Positions 15,511 through 24,150 of a stretch of 32,000 nt of DNA are shown in pieces. Source of the DNA: Desulfotalea psychrophila LSv54 (GTDB lineage Bacteria; Desulfobacterota; Desulfobulbia; Desulfobulbales; Desulfocapsaceae); contig NC_006138.1 of assembly GCF_000025945.1 (NCBI RefSeq), positions 1,320,001 through 1,352,000 on the forward strand, read 5' to 3'. Under the pieces are notes generated by a model that saw nothing but the letters and a program-made list of their open reading frames with translations, did not search any database and was not told where the DNA came from. Every line of letters starts with the position of its first letter. Positions within the stretch are counted from its first letter, which is position 1. Both the position numbers and the translations under genes were made by a program.

Positions 15511-15634
15511 TCAGCAGTAGGTGGGGAGGCGCAGCTTTAGGTGAATGTCGAACAGGCTCAGTCGCTTGATGTGCACCGTCCCTGCACTTTCGTTGAGCCG
15601 TGCCCTTCCTCCGTGTCCCGTCTATGCTATCTCG

Positions 15635-15830
15635 CATAGTGCGAGAAGAGGAGGATTAGGCTCCGCCCCCCCCTCCTCTGCTGGGACTGATCCTCGATTC
15701 TTTACGGGCCAATATGGTGGTCATCCCCCAGTCCCCCCAAGTCAAAAAGATTTTAAAGCGGAATTAGAGGGGGGGAGGGCCCTCGTCTCTTCTCTAGCTT
15801 GGCACCTTTGCTCTACCCCTGGATAGGGAG
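15635..15830 (+). pseudogene. Internally deleted 3' fragment of a Fic gene (fragment 2)
   Basis: ..LLGLILDSLRA..PQSPQVKKILKAELEGGRALVSSLAWH parallels Fic MLGVILDSLQ..TPQVGKLLMVISGEMLGRELLSLLGLK. It ends at the same junction, ctggatagggagaaaatctta, as fragment 1. Confidence 0.55.
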
Positions 15831-16144
15831 AAAATCTTATATTCAGGAAAAGATATTTCAGCACCAACGGCTAAACCATTTTCTTGTAAAAATATTTCCT
15901 CCTCCTTTGTTGTCTCAAGACCTTCTGCAGGGGTTCCTTGCTGAATTTCCGGATGAGATGAGACAACTGTTCCTAGCCACTCGCTACTCTTTGCCTGTCT
16001 TTTAATATGAACATCGATCTGTAAGTTGTTGTCATTAACTCTTAGGCTTGCTATGTCATCAACCCTTGGCATCTCTGACATATCTTGTAAGTCATGAAAT
16101 TCCTGGATCAAAAAAGGGCTTGTTAAAAATCTATTTTTAAACAT
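15794..16144 (-). CDS. Small conserved hypothetical protein (intact-looking paralog of 13902-14200)
   Basis: The ATG at 16144 is preceded by AAAGGAGAGAGAAGA. The translation is MFKNRFLTSPFLIQEFHDLQDMSEMPRVDDIASLRVNDNNLQIDVHIKRQAKSSEWLGTVVSSHPEIQQGTPAEGLETTKEEEIFLQENGLAVGAEISFP.. The natural stop seen in copy 1 is lost here, so the 3' end is uncertain. Confidence 0.5.
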   Translation of the reverse strand: MFKNRFLTSPFLIQEFHDLQDMSEMPRVDDIASLRVNDNNLQIDVHIKRQAKSSEWLGTVVSSHPEIQQGTPAEGLETTKEEEIFLQENGLAVGAEISFPEYKIFSLSRGRAKVPS

Positions 16145-16277
16145 TCTTCTCTCTCCTTTGTTAGTAACGAATAAAATATTATCGAGAAACTGGATGTCCG
16201 TCAATAAGGTGATGGGTGGATTGTTACCTGTCCAGAAAGTAGTTCTCCCTCACGATCAAATGAAGCTTCCATAGCGG

Positions 16278-16306
16278 TTATTATCAATAAAACGATATAA
16301 AATCAA
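16278..16306 (-). promoter_or_regulatory. Candidate sigma70-type promoter of small-ORF copy 2
   Basis: The minus strand reads TTGATT ttatatcgttttattga TAATAA, which is conserved in copy 1. Confidence 0.3.
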
Positions 16307-16341
16307 GGAGTCTTGACCTGAGCACAGCGAGTTTTCAAACT

Positions 16342-16430
16342 CTCGGCAAGCGTGAGGTGCAGAGGGTAGGGCGTCGTGGTGGCCGGGCTCTTTTCCTTCG
16401 TTTCTTTTGAGCAAAAAAAATGAATAATCA
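16342..16430. repeat. Dispersed ~90-bp repeat, family 2 (partner 5621-5712)
   Basis: See the alignment given for 5621-5712. Confidence 0.7.
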
Positions 16431-16670
16431 ACTTTCCTTTTCTGCCAACCAAATTATTTCCAGTATTATCCCATGGATCCTGAAAAATTACCTGTCTTGG
16501 CGTGGATAGCCTGCTTCAGCCATTAGACAAAGCCAGATTCAGCGCATACACTGAATCTATCCACAGAGGTATGTGGGACTGAGAGTATTATGTCAGTAGA
16601 GGTGTGGGCTGGCATGAGGTGGTGAGCTTAAGCAGTGAAGTTCTGAAAACAGAGAACATATGCAGAGGAA

Positions 16671-17810
16671 ATGAGGATGAAAGATATTTTCGAATTTGCC
16701 GATGAACTGGGACCTTTAAAGGTAATACATGTTTATGAACCCTCAGTAAATCTCAGGGCAGTGCTGGTTGTGGACAATATTGCCAGAGGGCCCTCGCTTG
16801 GCGGGGTACGTATGGCTACTGATGTCAGTGTTGAGGAGTGCGTGCGTCTGGCCCGGGCCATGACCTATAAAAATTCAGCGGCCGGTCTGCCCCATGGTGG
16901 CGGTAAGGCTGTGCTCTATGGTGATCCCAAAATGGCGAAGGTCGAAAAGGAGAAAATGATTCGTGCCCTGGCCAAGGTATTACGTAATGAGGATAGCTAT
17001 ATTTTTGCCCCTGATATGGGAACAGATGAGGAGTGTATGGCTTGGGTGCAAGATGAAATCGGCCGTGTGGTTGGATTGCCTCGGGAGATCGGAGGCATCC
17101 CCTTAGATGAAATTGGTGCCACTGGTTTTGGGCTGAGTCATGCAGTGGATGTTGCCCTGAACTATTGTGACTTTCAGTTAGAGGGGGCAAGGGTGGTTGT
17201 GCAGGGCTTTGGCGCAGTTGGTAAACATGCCGCCCGATATCTGAGTCAAAGAGGTGCTGTCTTGGTGGCTGTGGCCGATTCCCGCGGTGCCATTTATAAT
17301 CCGGATGGTTTGGATGTTCAGCAATTAATTGCCCTTAAAGCCGCGGGGGGATTTGTTGGTGATTATCCCGAGGCAAGAAAAATGACAGGTGATGATCTAC
17401 TTGATGTGGCCTGTGATATCTGGATACCTGCCGCCCGCCCCGATGTTATTCATGAGGCTAACGTTCACCGTCTCAATACCAGACTGGTGGTGGAGGGTGC
17501 CAATATTCCCCTTACCCATGGGGCAGAAAGGATCCTTCATGAGAGGGGCATCCTTTGTCTGCCCGACTTTATTGCCAATGCCGGCGGGGTGATCTGTGCC
17601 GCCATGGAATATCAGGGTGCCAGTCAGGTTGCGGCCCTGGCCATGATTGAGGAAAAACTGCGCGCTAATACCGAACAGGTGCTGGCGATGGTTAAGGATA
17701 GAGATATGTTGCCACGTGAAGCAGCCATGGAGATGGCTCTGGGGCGGCTGAAAAAGGCGATGAGCTATCGGCGTTTTTCTCTGTTCTCGTCTGGTCCTAA
17801 ATTCATTTAG
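16671..17810 (+). CDS. Glu/Leu/Phe/Val dehydrogenase family, leucine/valine dehydrogenase-like
   Basis: It carries SLGGVRM and the catalytic-Lys motif KNSAAGLPHGGGKAV, plus the Rossmann motif VVVQGFGAVGKH. Its ~375-aa size fits the short Leu/Val dehydrogenase class. The start could be 16677. Confidence 0.9.
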   Translation: MRMKDIFEFADELGPLKVIHVYEPSVNLRAVLVVDNIARGPSLGGVRMATDVSVEECVRLARAMTYKNSAAGLPHGGGKAVLYGDPKMAKVEKEKMIRALAKVLRNEDSYIFAPDMGTDEECMAWVQDEIGRVVGLPREIGGIPLDEIGATGFGLSHAVDVALNYCDFQLEGARVVVQGFGAVGKHAARYLSQRGAVLVAVADSRGAIYNPDGLDVQQLIALKAAGGFVGDYPEARKMTGDDLLDVACDIWIPAARPDVIHEANVHRLNTRLVVEGANIPLTHGAERILHERGILCLPDFIANAGGVICAAMEYQGASQVAALAMIEEKLRANTEQVLAMVKDRDMLPREAAMEMALGRLKKAMSYRRFSLFSSGPKFI

Positions 17811-17837
17811 TTGTTTTTGCAGCGGGAGGGAGTTGTC

Positions 17838-18740
17838 ATGTACCGTATACGTTTTCATGGTCGTGGTGGTCAGGGGATGAAAACTGCCAGCCGTATTTTG
17901 GGCACTGCCTTTTTTCTGGAGGGCTATGAGGTTCAGGATGCCCCCCGCTATGGAGCTGAACGTCGTGGTGCCCCGATCTTTGCCTATGTGCGGGCCGATA
18001 ATCAGCCAATAAATGAGCGTGGAATTATTAGCCAACCGGATCTGGTTATTGTCGCCGATGATAGTCTGGTAGGTCTGCCTGCCGCCGCTGTCCTGGCGGG
18101 GGTGGATGAACATACCCTTCTCTTGATCAGCAGTGCTGAAAGTGGAGAGATGTGGCAGGACCGGCTGAATTTTGCCGGGGAGATATTTACCATGCCGGCA
18201 GAAGCTCAGTTCGTCGGTGCTGCCTGTACCGGGGCCGCCGCCTGTCTGCTGGGCGATATATCGCCTGTGGCATTGGAGAAGGCAATTAGAGAAGAGCTGG
18301 CAGATTTGGGCGATGCAGTTATCGAGGAGAATATTGTCCCGGCCCTTACAGCCTATAAGAGGATGCAGCCCTATAGGGGACGGGTTCAGACAGGGATCGC
18401 AATCAATGCCAACGATTACAGCAAACCGGGGTGGATAGATCTACCCTTTGAAGATGCCCGTATTTCGGCCCCGGACATACACGCCTCGGCAAATAGTGTA
18501 GAGGTAAGAACCGGTCTGTGGCGTACCCTGCGGCCGGTGATTGATTATCAGCGCTGTAAGGGGTGTTGGTGGATCTGTAGTACCTTTTGCCCGGATGGTG
18601 CCATTCCTGTCCGGGGAAAGATCCCGGAAATTGATTATGACCACTGCAAGGGCTGTATGATATGTGTGGCCCAATGTCCCACTCACGCCATTGAGGCTGT
18701 TTCGGAACGGCTGGCTCAAGAGCAGGAGGTCTTATCATGA
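17838..18740 (+). CDS. 2-oxoacid:ferredoxin oxidoreductase gamma subunit fused to a delta (2x[4Fe-4S] ferredoxin) domain
   Basis: GGGAGGGAG lies upstream of the ATG at 17838. The N-terminus MYRIRFHGRGGQGMKTASRILG is the gamma signature. The C-terminus carries CKGCWWICSTFCP and CKGCMICVAQCP cluster motifs. Confidence 0.85.
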   Translation: MYRIRFHGRGGQGMKTASRILGTAFFLEGYEVQDAPRYGAERRGAPIFAYVRADNQPINERGIISQPDLVIVADDSLVGLPAAAVLAGVDEHTLLLISSAESGEMWQDRLNFAGEIFTMPAEAQFVGAACTGAAACLLGDISPVALEKAIREELADLGDAVIEENIVPALTAYKRMQPYRGRVQTGIAINANDYSKPGWIDLPFEDARISAPDIHASANSVEVRTGLWRTLRPVIDYQRCKGCWWICSTFCPDGAIPVRGKIPEIDYDHCKGCMICVAQCPTHAIEAVSERLAQEQEVLS

Positions 18741-19966
18741 AACGTAGCTTGTTGACCGGAAATGTTGCTGCGGCCTGGGGGGCACGATTGGCTCTGGCTG
18801 ATTATATCCCCGCCTTTCCCATCACTCCGCAAACCGAAATTATCGAGACAATTGCAGCCTGGATTGACCGGGGCGAAATGGATGCCCGGATGACCAGCAT
18901 GGACTCTGAACACTCCATGATAACTGCAGCAGCAGCAGCAGCTACCACCGGTGTTCGAACCTTTAGCGCCACCTCAAGTCAGGGTTTACTCTACGGCATG
19001 GAGATGCTCTATGCTGTCAGTGGCTGGCGGGCTCCCTTTGTCCTGATGAATGTTTCTCGTGGTTTGGCCTCACCGGTTACCCTGGAGCCGGATCATAACG
19101 ATATCATGGCTGCCCGGGACTGCGGCTTTTTGCAGATTCATTGTTCATCCTGTCAAGAGGTGCTGGACAGTACCCTGATGGCCTTTCGTCTGGGTGAAGA
19201 TCAGCGTATTCGTCTGCCGGTGATAGTCAATCTGGACGGTTTTTATCTCTCTTTTACCCGTGAACCGGTGGCTATTCCGGATGCTGAGGAGGTTAGGCGA
19301 TTTGTTGGTGACTATGATCCCCAGAACATCCGTTTCCGGGCCGGTTCGCCGATCAGTCAGGCCGTAGCTGTATTGGGCGGTGCCCCCTACTCCTATTTTC
19401 GTTATGAAACACATCTGGCGGCAGAGAATGGTATTGCCGTTTATGAGGAAATTTCTGCCGAATTCGCCGAAGCCTTTGGCCGTCACCATCCGGCTATTGA
19501 ATCTTATCACTGTGATGATGCCGATATCGTCCTCGTTATGCTCGGATCCTTTGCCACCAAGGCTAAGGTGGCAGTAGATGAAATGCGCCGAGCCGGCCAG
19601 AGGGTTGGCCTCTTACGGCCCCGCCTCTTCCGACCCTTTCCGACGGAGGGGTTTCGCAGCCTGCTGGCAGGTAAATTCGGGGTTGCGGTGATCGATCAGA
19701 ATATCTCCATGGGCATGGGTGGTGTCCTTCACTCTGAGCTGGCCAGTGCACTCTATGGCCAGCCTGGCGCCCCGCCCCAACTGCTCAGCTTTATCGGTGG
19801 CTTGGGCGGACGAGACATCAGTCAGCAAGAATTTTTTGAGATAGTTCGTGTCACCCATAAGGCCGTAGCAGAAAAACGGACCCCGCCGCCTCGCCTTCTC
19901 TATACTGAAGAGGAGTTGCGTGAAGTAAGAAAGTTGCAGGCAGTGGCCAGAGTCGAACAGGGATAA
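18737..19966 (+). CDS. 2-oxoacid:ferredoxin oxidoreductase alpha subunit
   Basis: LLTGNVAAAWGARLALADYIPAFPITPQTEI is the canonical alpha N-terminus. The start overlaps the upstream stop (ATGA). Confidence 0.9.
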   Translation: MKRSLLTGNVAAAWGARLALADYIPAFPITPQTEIIETIAAWIDRGEMDARMTSMDSEHSMITAAAAAATTGVRTFSATSSQGLLYGMEMLYAVSGWRAPFVLMNVSRGLASPVTLEPDHNDIMAARDCGFLQIHCSSCQEVLDSTLMAFRLGEDQRIRLPVIVNLDGFYLSFTREPVAIPDAEEVRRFVGDYDPQNIRFRAGSPISQAVAVLGGAPYSYFRYETHLAAENGIAVYEEISAEFAEAFGRHHPAIESYHCDDADIVLVMLGSFATKAKVAVDEMRRAGQRVGLLRPRLFRPFPTEGFRSLLAGKFGVAVIDQNISMGMGGVLHSELASALYGQPGAPPQLLSFIGGLGGRDISQQEFFEIVRVTHKAVAEKRTPPPRLLYTEEELREVRKLQAVARVEQG

Positions 19967-19990
19967 CCGAAAAACAGCGGAGAGACGAAG

Positions 19991-20917
19991 ATGACTGAGC
20001 AGACAGTAAGCATTTATCGCAGTATGAAAGATCTGCCGACCGCCCATCTACTGGGAGCCGGTACCCCGACCTGTGCCGGTTGTGGCGGTCTTGGCGCTCT
20101 TAATCAGCTTTATAATATCATTGGTGAGAAATCGGTATTCGTTAATGCCGCCGGTTGCATGACCCTCTTGTCGGTCTATCCTTTTACTCCCTTTCGTGGC
20201 TCTTGGCTCTATACTGCCATGGCCTCGGCACCGGCTGGCGCTCAGGGAGTTCGTGATGCCCTGGATATTCTGCAAGAGAAGCAGCGTATTAAGGAGGGTG
20301 AAGATATGCAGGTGGTTGTTCTGACAGGAGATGGCTCGGCCTATGGCATGGGCTTGTCGGCAACTTCCGCTGCCATGGAGAGAGATCTTGATTTTCTCTA
20401 TATCTGTTATGATAACGAAGGTTATGGTAACACCGGTCATCAGTTTTCCGCAGCCACTCCCCATGGGGCCAAAACAGCCACCAGCACCGGGCCCTGTGGC
20501 TATCCCGGTTTAAAAAAAGATCTCTTTGCCATCTGGGCTGCGCACAGGCCAGCCTATGTTGCCACCCTGATAGGTGCTGAACCATTGGATTTGGCTCGTA
20601 AGATTGAAAGGGCGATGAGCATGAAGGGACCACGTCTGCTTATCGCCTTGGCTCCCTGTCCGACTGGTTGGGGTTTTGAGCCAAAAGAGGCGATAAATAT
20701 AGGCAAGTTGGCGGTGCAAACCGGTATCTGGCCACTGAAGGAGTATGTGGATGGTCAGGTTGTTCATACCAAGATCCCTGGAGAACGCAAGGGGGTTGAA
20801 GAGTATTTGAAGTTACAGGGCCGTTACAGGCATCTGTTTGAGCCGGAGAGAAATGACGAGCTGATTGGCGAAATTCAGAAGAGGGTTGATCGCTACTGGA
20901 ACTCTGTGGAAAAATAA
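19991..20917 (+). CDS. 2-oxoacid:ferredoxin oxidoreductase beta subunit (TPP-binding)
   Basis: It carries the cluster motif CAGCGG and the TPP motif GDGSAYGMGLSATSAAMERDLDFLYICYDNEGYGNTGHQ. Confidence 0.9.
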   Translation: MTEQTVSIYRSMKDLPTAHLLGAGTPTCAGCGGLGALNQLYNIIGEKSVFVNAAGCMTLLSVYPFTPFRGSWLYTAMASAPAGAQGVRDALDILQEKQRIKEGEDMQVVVLTGDGSAYGMGLSATSAAMERDLDFLYICYDNEGYGNTGHQFSAATPHGAKTATSTGPCGYPGLKKDLFAIWAAHRPAYVATLIGAEPLDLARKIERAMSMKGPRLLIALAPCPTGWGFEPKEAINIGKLAVQTGIWPLKEYVDGQVVHTKIPGERKGVEEYLKLQGRYRHLFEPERNDELIGEIQKRVDRYWNSVEK

Positions 20918-20940
20918 GAGTAGAGTCTCATCTCAAACAT

Positions 20941-22647
20941 ATGGTGCTGAAAATGAAAAGTTACTATCATTGCGGCGGCATGGAGCCCCTACGGGGAGGG
21001 ACCATTGCCGAACATTTTGCAGATGTTGTCAGGCGTTTTCCTGAACAGGAGGCTATTGTCTCCCTGCCTCAAGAAAAACGCTTAAGCTATAGAGAGCTGG
21101 CCGATGCAGTTGATGAACTGGCAAAGGGCCTTTTAGGCATTGGCTTTACTAAGGGCGATCGTATAGGGCTGTGGTCAACCAATAATATTGAATGGTTACT
21201 GGTGCAGATGGCCATAGCCCATATTGGTGCTGTTCTGGTAAATATTAACCCTGCTTATCGTCTTCAGGAATTGGCCTATGCCCTCAAGCTCTCCGAGGTA
21301 CAGGGTATCTTTACCATCCCTGCCTTTCGCAGTAGCGATTATGTCGCCATCTTGGTGGAACTGCTTCCTGAATTAAAGCTGACCCAGAGAGAAGAGCTGG
21401 CTAATGCCGATCTACCGTTTTTGCGTAGGGTCATTGTCTATGATCCTGCCGATCCTGGGCAGAGCCAACGGCCGTATGCCGGTTTCACCACCTGGCCTGA
21501 GGTTATAGGCGCCGGTAAGGGTATTACTATGGAAAGGCTGAATGAGATTAGCGGAGCATTGGATAGAGATGATCCGATCAATATTCAGTATACCTCCGGT
21601 ACCACCGGTTTTCCCAAGGCTGTAGCCCTGACCCATCACAACATCCTTAATAACGCCTGGTTTTCAGCGCAGGCCCTCCATCTTACTGAAGCGGACAGGC
21701 TCTGTGTGCCGGTACCCTTCTATCACTGTTTTGGCACGGTATTGGCGAATCTCTTATGTCTGTCCGTGGGCGCCTGCATTGTTATACCGGCGGAACACTT
21801 CGATGCCCTGGCTACCCTCAAGGCCATTGAAGAAGAAAGCTGTACAGCAATACATGGGGTTCCCACCATGTTTATCGCCGAACTGGAACATCCAGACTTT
21901 AAAAACTTCGATATGTCCACTCTGCGTACCGGCATCATGGCCGGAGCACCCTGTTTACCCCAATTGATGAAACGGGTCATGGAGGATATGCACTGCCCTG
22001 AAATACTTATTGGTTATGGGGAAACCGAGGCCTCGCCAATCACCCATTTGACCACCCGTGCTGATAGCATGGAGCTACGCACTGAAACCGTGGGTAAAAA
22101 TCTGCCCCATCAGGAGGTGAAAATTGTCCATCTGGCTACCGGCGCTACCGTGCCCTTGGGCGAAATAGGTGAAATCTGTTTTCGCGGTTATCATATTATG
22201 CAGGGATATTATGGTCAGGCGGATAAGACGGCCGAGGTCATTGATAAAAATGGCTGGTTATACTCCGGTGATCTGGGCACCATGGATGCTCATGGTTATG
22301 TGCGTATCACCGGACGATGTAAGGAGATGATTATTCGTGGCGGCGAAAATATTTATCCAAAGGAGATCGAAGACTTTTTGTTTAGTCATCCCGGCGTCAT
22401 CCAGGTGGCAGTGTTTGGGGTGCCGGATGAATATTATGGTGAAGAGATCATGGCCTGGATTCAATTACGGCCAGATGAAATTTGTAGCGAAGAGGAGATT
22501 CGCAACTATTGCCGGGATAAGATCTCCCATTTTAAGATCCCAAAATATATCCGCTTTGTGGATGAGTTTCCGATGACGGTGACCGGCAAGTTGCAGAAAT
22601 TTCGTATGCGGGAAATGGCCATTGTCAGGATGGGATTAAAGGCCTAA
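20941..22647 (+). CDS. AMP-forming acyl-CoA synthetase (ACSF2/medium-chain-like)
   Basis: AMP-binding motifs are IQYTSGTTGFPKAV, GYGETE, YSGDLG and the C-terminal TVTGKLQKF. The start may be 20953. Confidence 0.9.
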   Translation: MVLKMKSYYHCGGMEPLRGGTIAEHFADVVRRFPEQEAIVSLPQEKRLSYRELADAVDELAKGLLGIGFTKGDRIGLWSTNNIEWLLVQMAIAHIGAVLVNINPAYRLQELAYALKLSEVQGIFTIPAFRSSDYVAILVELLPELKLTQREELANADLPFLRRVIVYDPADPGQSQRPYAGFTTWPEVIGAGKGITMERLNEISGALDRDDPINIQYTSGTTGFPKAVALTHHNILNNAWFSAQALHLTEADRLCVPVPFYHCFGTVLANLLCLSVGACIVIPAEHFDALATLKAIEEESCTAIHGVPTMFIAELEHPDFKNFDMSTLRTGIMAGAPCLPQLMKRVMEDMHCPEILIGYGETEASPITHLTTRADSMELRTETVGKNLPHQEVKIVHLATGATVPLGEIGEICFRGYHIMQGYYGQADKTAEVIDKNGWLYSGDLGTMDAHGYVRITGRCKEMIIRGGENIYPKEIEDFLFSHPGVIQVAVFGVPDEYYGEEIMAWIQLRPDEICSEEEIRNYCRDKISHFKIPKYIRFVDEFPMTVTGKLQKFRMREMAIVRMGLKA

Positions 22648-22696
22648 GGGACAGGCCTCAGCATTGTAGGTAGGTTGAGAGAGTTCAGAGGGGCTT

Positions 22697-23380
22697 TTAG
22701 AGCTCATGTTCAGTTTGGCGCAACAGGCAGCTCAATAATCGTTCTTTATCCTCAAAGGGATGAAACTCTGCGGAGAATTCGTCCTCGTTTGCTCTGACAA
22801 CCCGGGCCTTAATGGTAAACTCATGTAGGTCACTCTCTTGGTCGTTGAATGTCATCATTACTGTTATTTCTGAATCCTGAGGCGGGCAGATGGAGGCTGA
22901 ATCGATGGCGCAACCGCCTGTCGAAAGATTGAGAAAGCGGCCAGTCCCCCTTGTCTCGTCTATGATATATTTGGCAGAGGGAAGTTCGGAATAGTGGAAA
23001 CGGAGATCTTCTCGTTTCAGCACTGCCTCAACTATTTTCTCTGCCTCTTCCAGGCTGTCGGTATAGTGGGGTTTATAGCCGCATATCCTTGCGGTCAGAT
23101 TTATTACCTGTTTGTACAGCAGGCTTTTGTCACCAACCACTCGAACAACCTCCCCCACCCCATTGTTTATTAAATAGTTCATCAGCTTTCTATAGGTTGG
23201 AATTCCGTTCAGCTGGATGAGGTTAGATTCCGAATAATCGGCAATTACGTGGAAGCCGGGTTGCAGATCGGCAACACAGAAACGAACTTCGGTGTAGAGT
23301 TTGTCTAATATCCTTTTAGACATTTTTTTGGAAACCTTGAAGTATAATCTGTTCTTGGCAACACTGACCTTCACCTTCAT
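22697..23380 (-). CDS. PilZ-domain (c-di-GMP receptor-type) protein with an uncharacterised N-terminal domain
   Basis: The C-terminal half carries REDLR (RxxxR) followed 21 residues later by NLSTGG ([D/N]xSxxG). I do not recognise the ~120-aa N-terminal domain. Confidence 0.7.
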   Translation of the reverse strand: MKVKVSVAKNRLYFKVSKKMSKRILDKLYTEVRFCVADLQPGFHVIADYSESNLIQLNGIPTYRKLMNYLINNGVGEVVRVVGDKSLLYKQVINLTARICGYKPHYTDSLEEAEKIVEAVLKREDLRFHYSELPSAKYIIDETRGTGRFLNLSTGGCAIDSASICPPQDSEITVMMTFNDQESDLHEFTIKARVVRANEDEFSAEFHPFEDKERLLSCLLRQTEHEL

Positions 23381-23650
23381 GGCTTCTCCACTTTGTAAAG
23401 TTTTCTGGGCAGGAGCCTTTGCTCCCGTAGTGATGGTTGACGCTTTGGCTCCGTGCTAATTTGGCCGCTAGCAGGCCTCATTGTCTTCTAATCGTTTGTG
23501 CTGACGGTGGTCTGTCAGAGGTAATTCCTCTTAACTGCAAAGTCCGTTGCCAGGGCGTGACCAACTGACCGTCTCCTTCCTCGTTAAAGGCGGCTGACTC
23601 AGCCACTGCTAAAAACATTAACCATTACAAGTAGTAGTAAAAAAAAGCTA

Positions 23651-23974
23651 TCAAATCAAGGGTATTTGGCTTTTGTGAGCAGAAATCCGCAGATTTGTCC
23701 GTCGGAAGCCAGGGTAATGGCCTCTACTGAAGATTGAGTGGGAAACAGACCACAGGTATGTTCTGAGGGAGGGTAGGGAAAGGTCTGTGTGGGTGTGGCA
23801 TTCTCCCCTTGTCCTGAACTTGTTATGATGGTATACCCCTCTAGGTTTCAGGTAGTTGTGCAGGTTGATTAGGGAATATCTTTTTTGTCTCAGCAAGAAA
23901 GCAAGCACAATATCTTGAACCAGAATCCATTCCATCAACGTCTTATAGAAACGATTGAGAACGTCCTGTTCCAT
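23651..23974 (-). pseudogene. Possible decayed group II intron reverse-transcriptase N-terminal remnant
   Basis: TLMEWILVQDIVLAFLLRQKR resembles the RT-0 block LME.IL....L..A..R...NKG. An alternative frame gives RGIPS (compare LGIPT). The ORF frame gives YPGFRRTNLRISAHK (compare SYGFRPGRS.H.A). The spacing is irregular and I saw no intron RNA domains. Confidence 0.3.
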
Positions 23975-24128
23975 TTGTTTTGTTAGATATCAGTTTCTGA
24001 ACGTTATGTGTTAGCCAGCAAGCGAAAAGAAATCTTAGTCCAGCACTTGAAGTCAAAGCTCAAAAGCTCCAATAAACAAAGGTATAAAGATTGACTTGAA
24101 GCGTATGCTTTAAGTCGGGCGGGATAAG

Positions 24129-24150
24129 CTGATAGTTTTCCAACTATCAG
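24129..24150. repeat. Perfect 9-bp stem / 4-nt loop hairpin upstream of the ABC operon
   Basis: The sequence is ctgatagtt ttcc aactatcag. Confidence 0.8.

Noticed and set aside
13793-16320. Diversity-generating retroelement (template/variable repeat) explanation for the duplicated blocks
   Set aside because: Differences between the copies involve all base types plus indels rather than adenine-specific changes. No intact reverse transcriptase is present in the window.
16480-16670. Sigma-54 promoter upstream of the dehydrogenase operon (TGGCGTGGATAGCCTGC and TGGCATGAGGTGGTGAGC)
   Set aside because: The GG-to-GC spacing does not fit the TGGCAC-N5-TTGC consensus in either case.
17397-18113. 238-aa minus-strand ORF spanning the dehydrogenase / oxidoreductase-gamma junction
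   Set aside because: It is antisense to two genes with unambiguous family motifs and has no RBS or recognisable motif. Long antisense ORFs are expected in this GC-richer segment.
18927-18943. GCA trinucleotide run (gcagcagcagcagcagc)
   Set aside because: It simply encodes the Ala run ITAAAAAATTG inside the oxidoreductase alpha subunit and is not a separate element.
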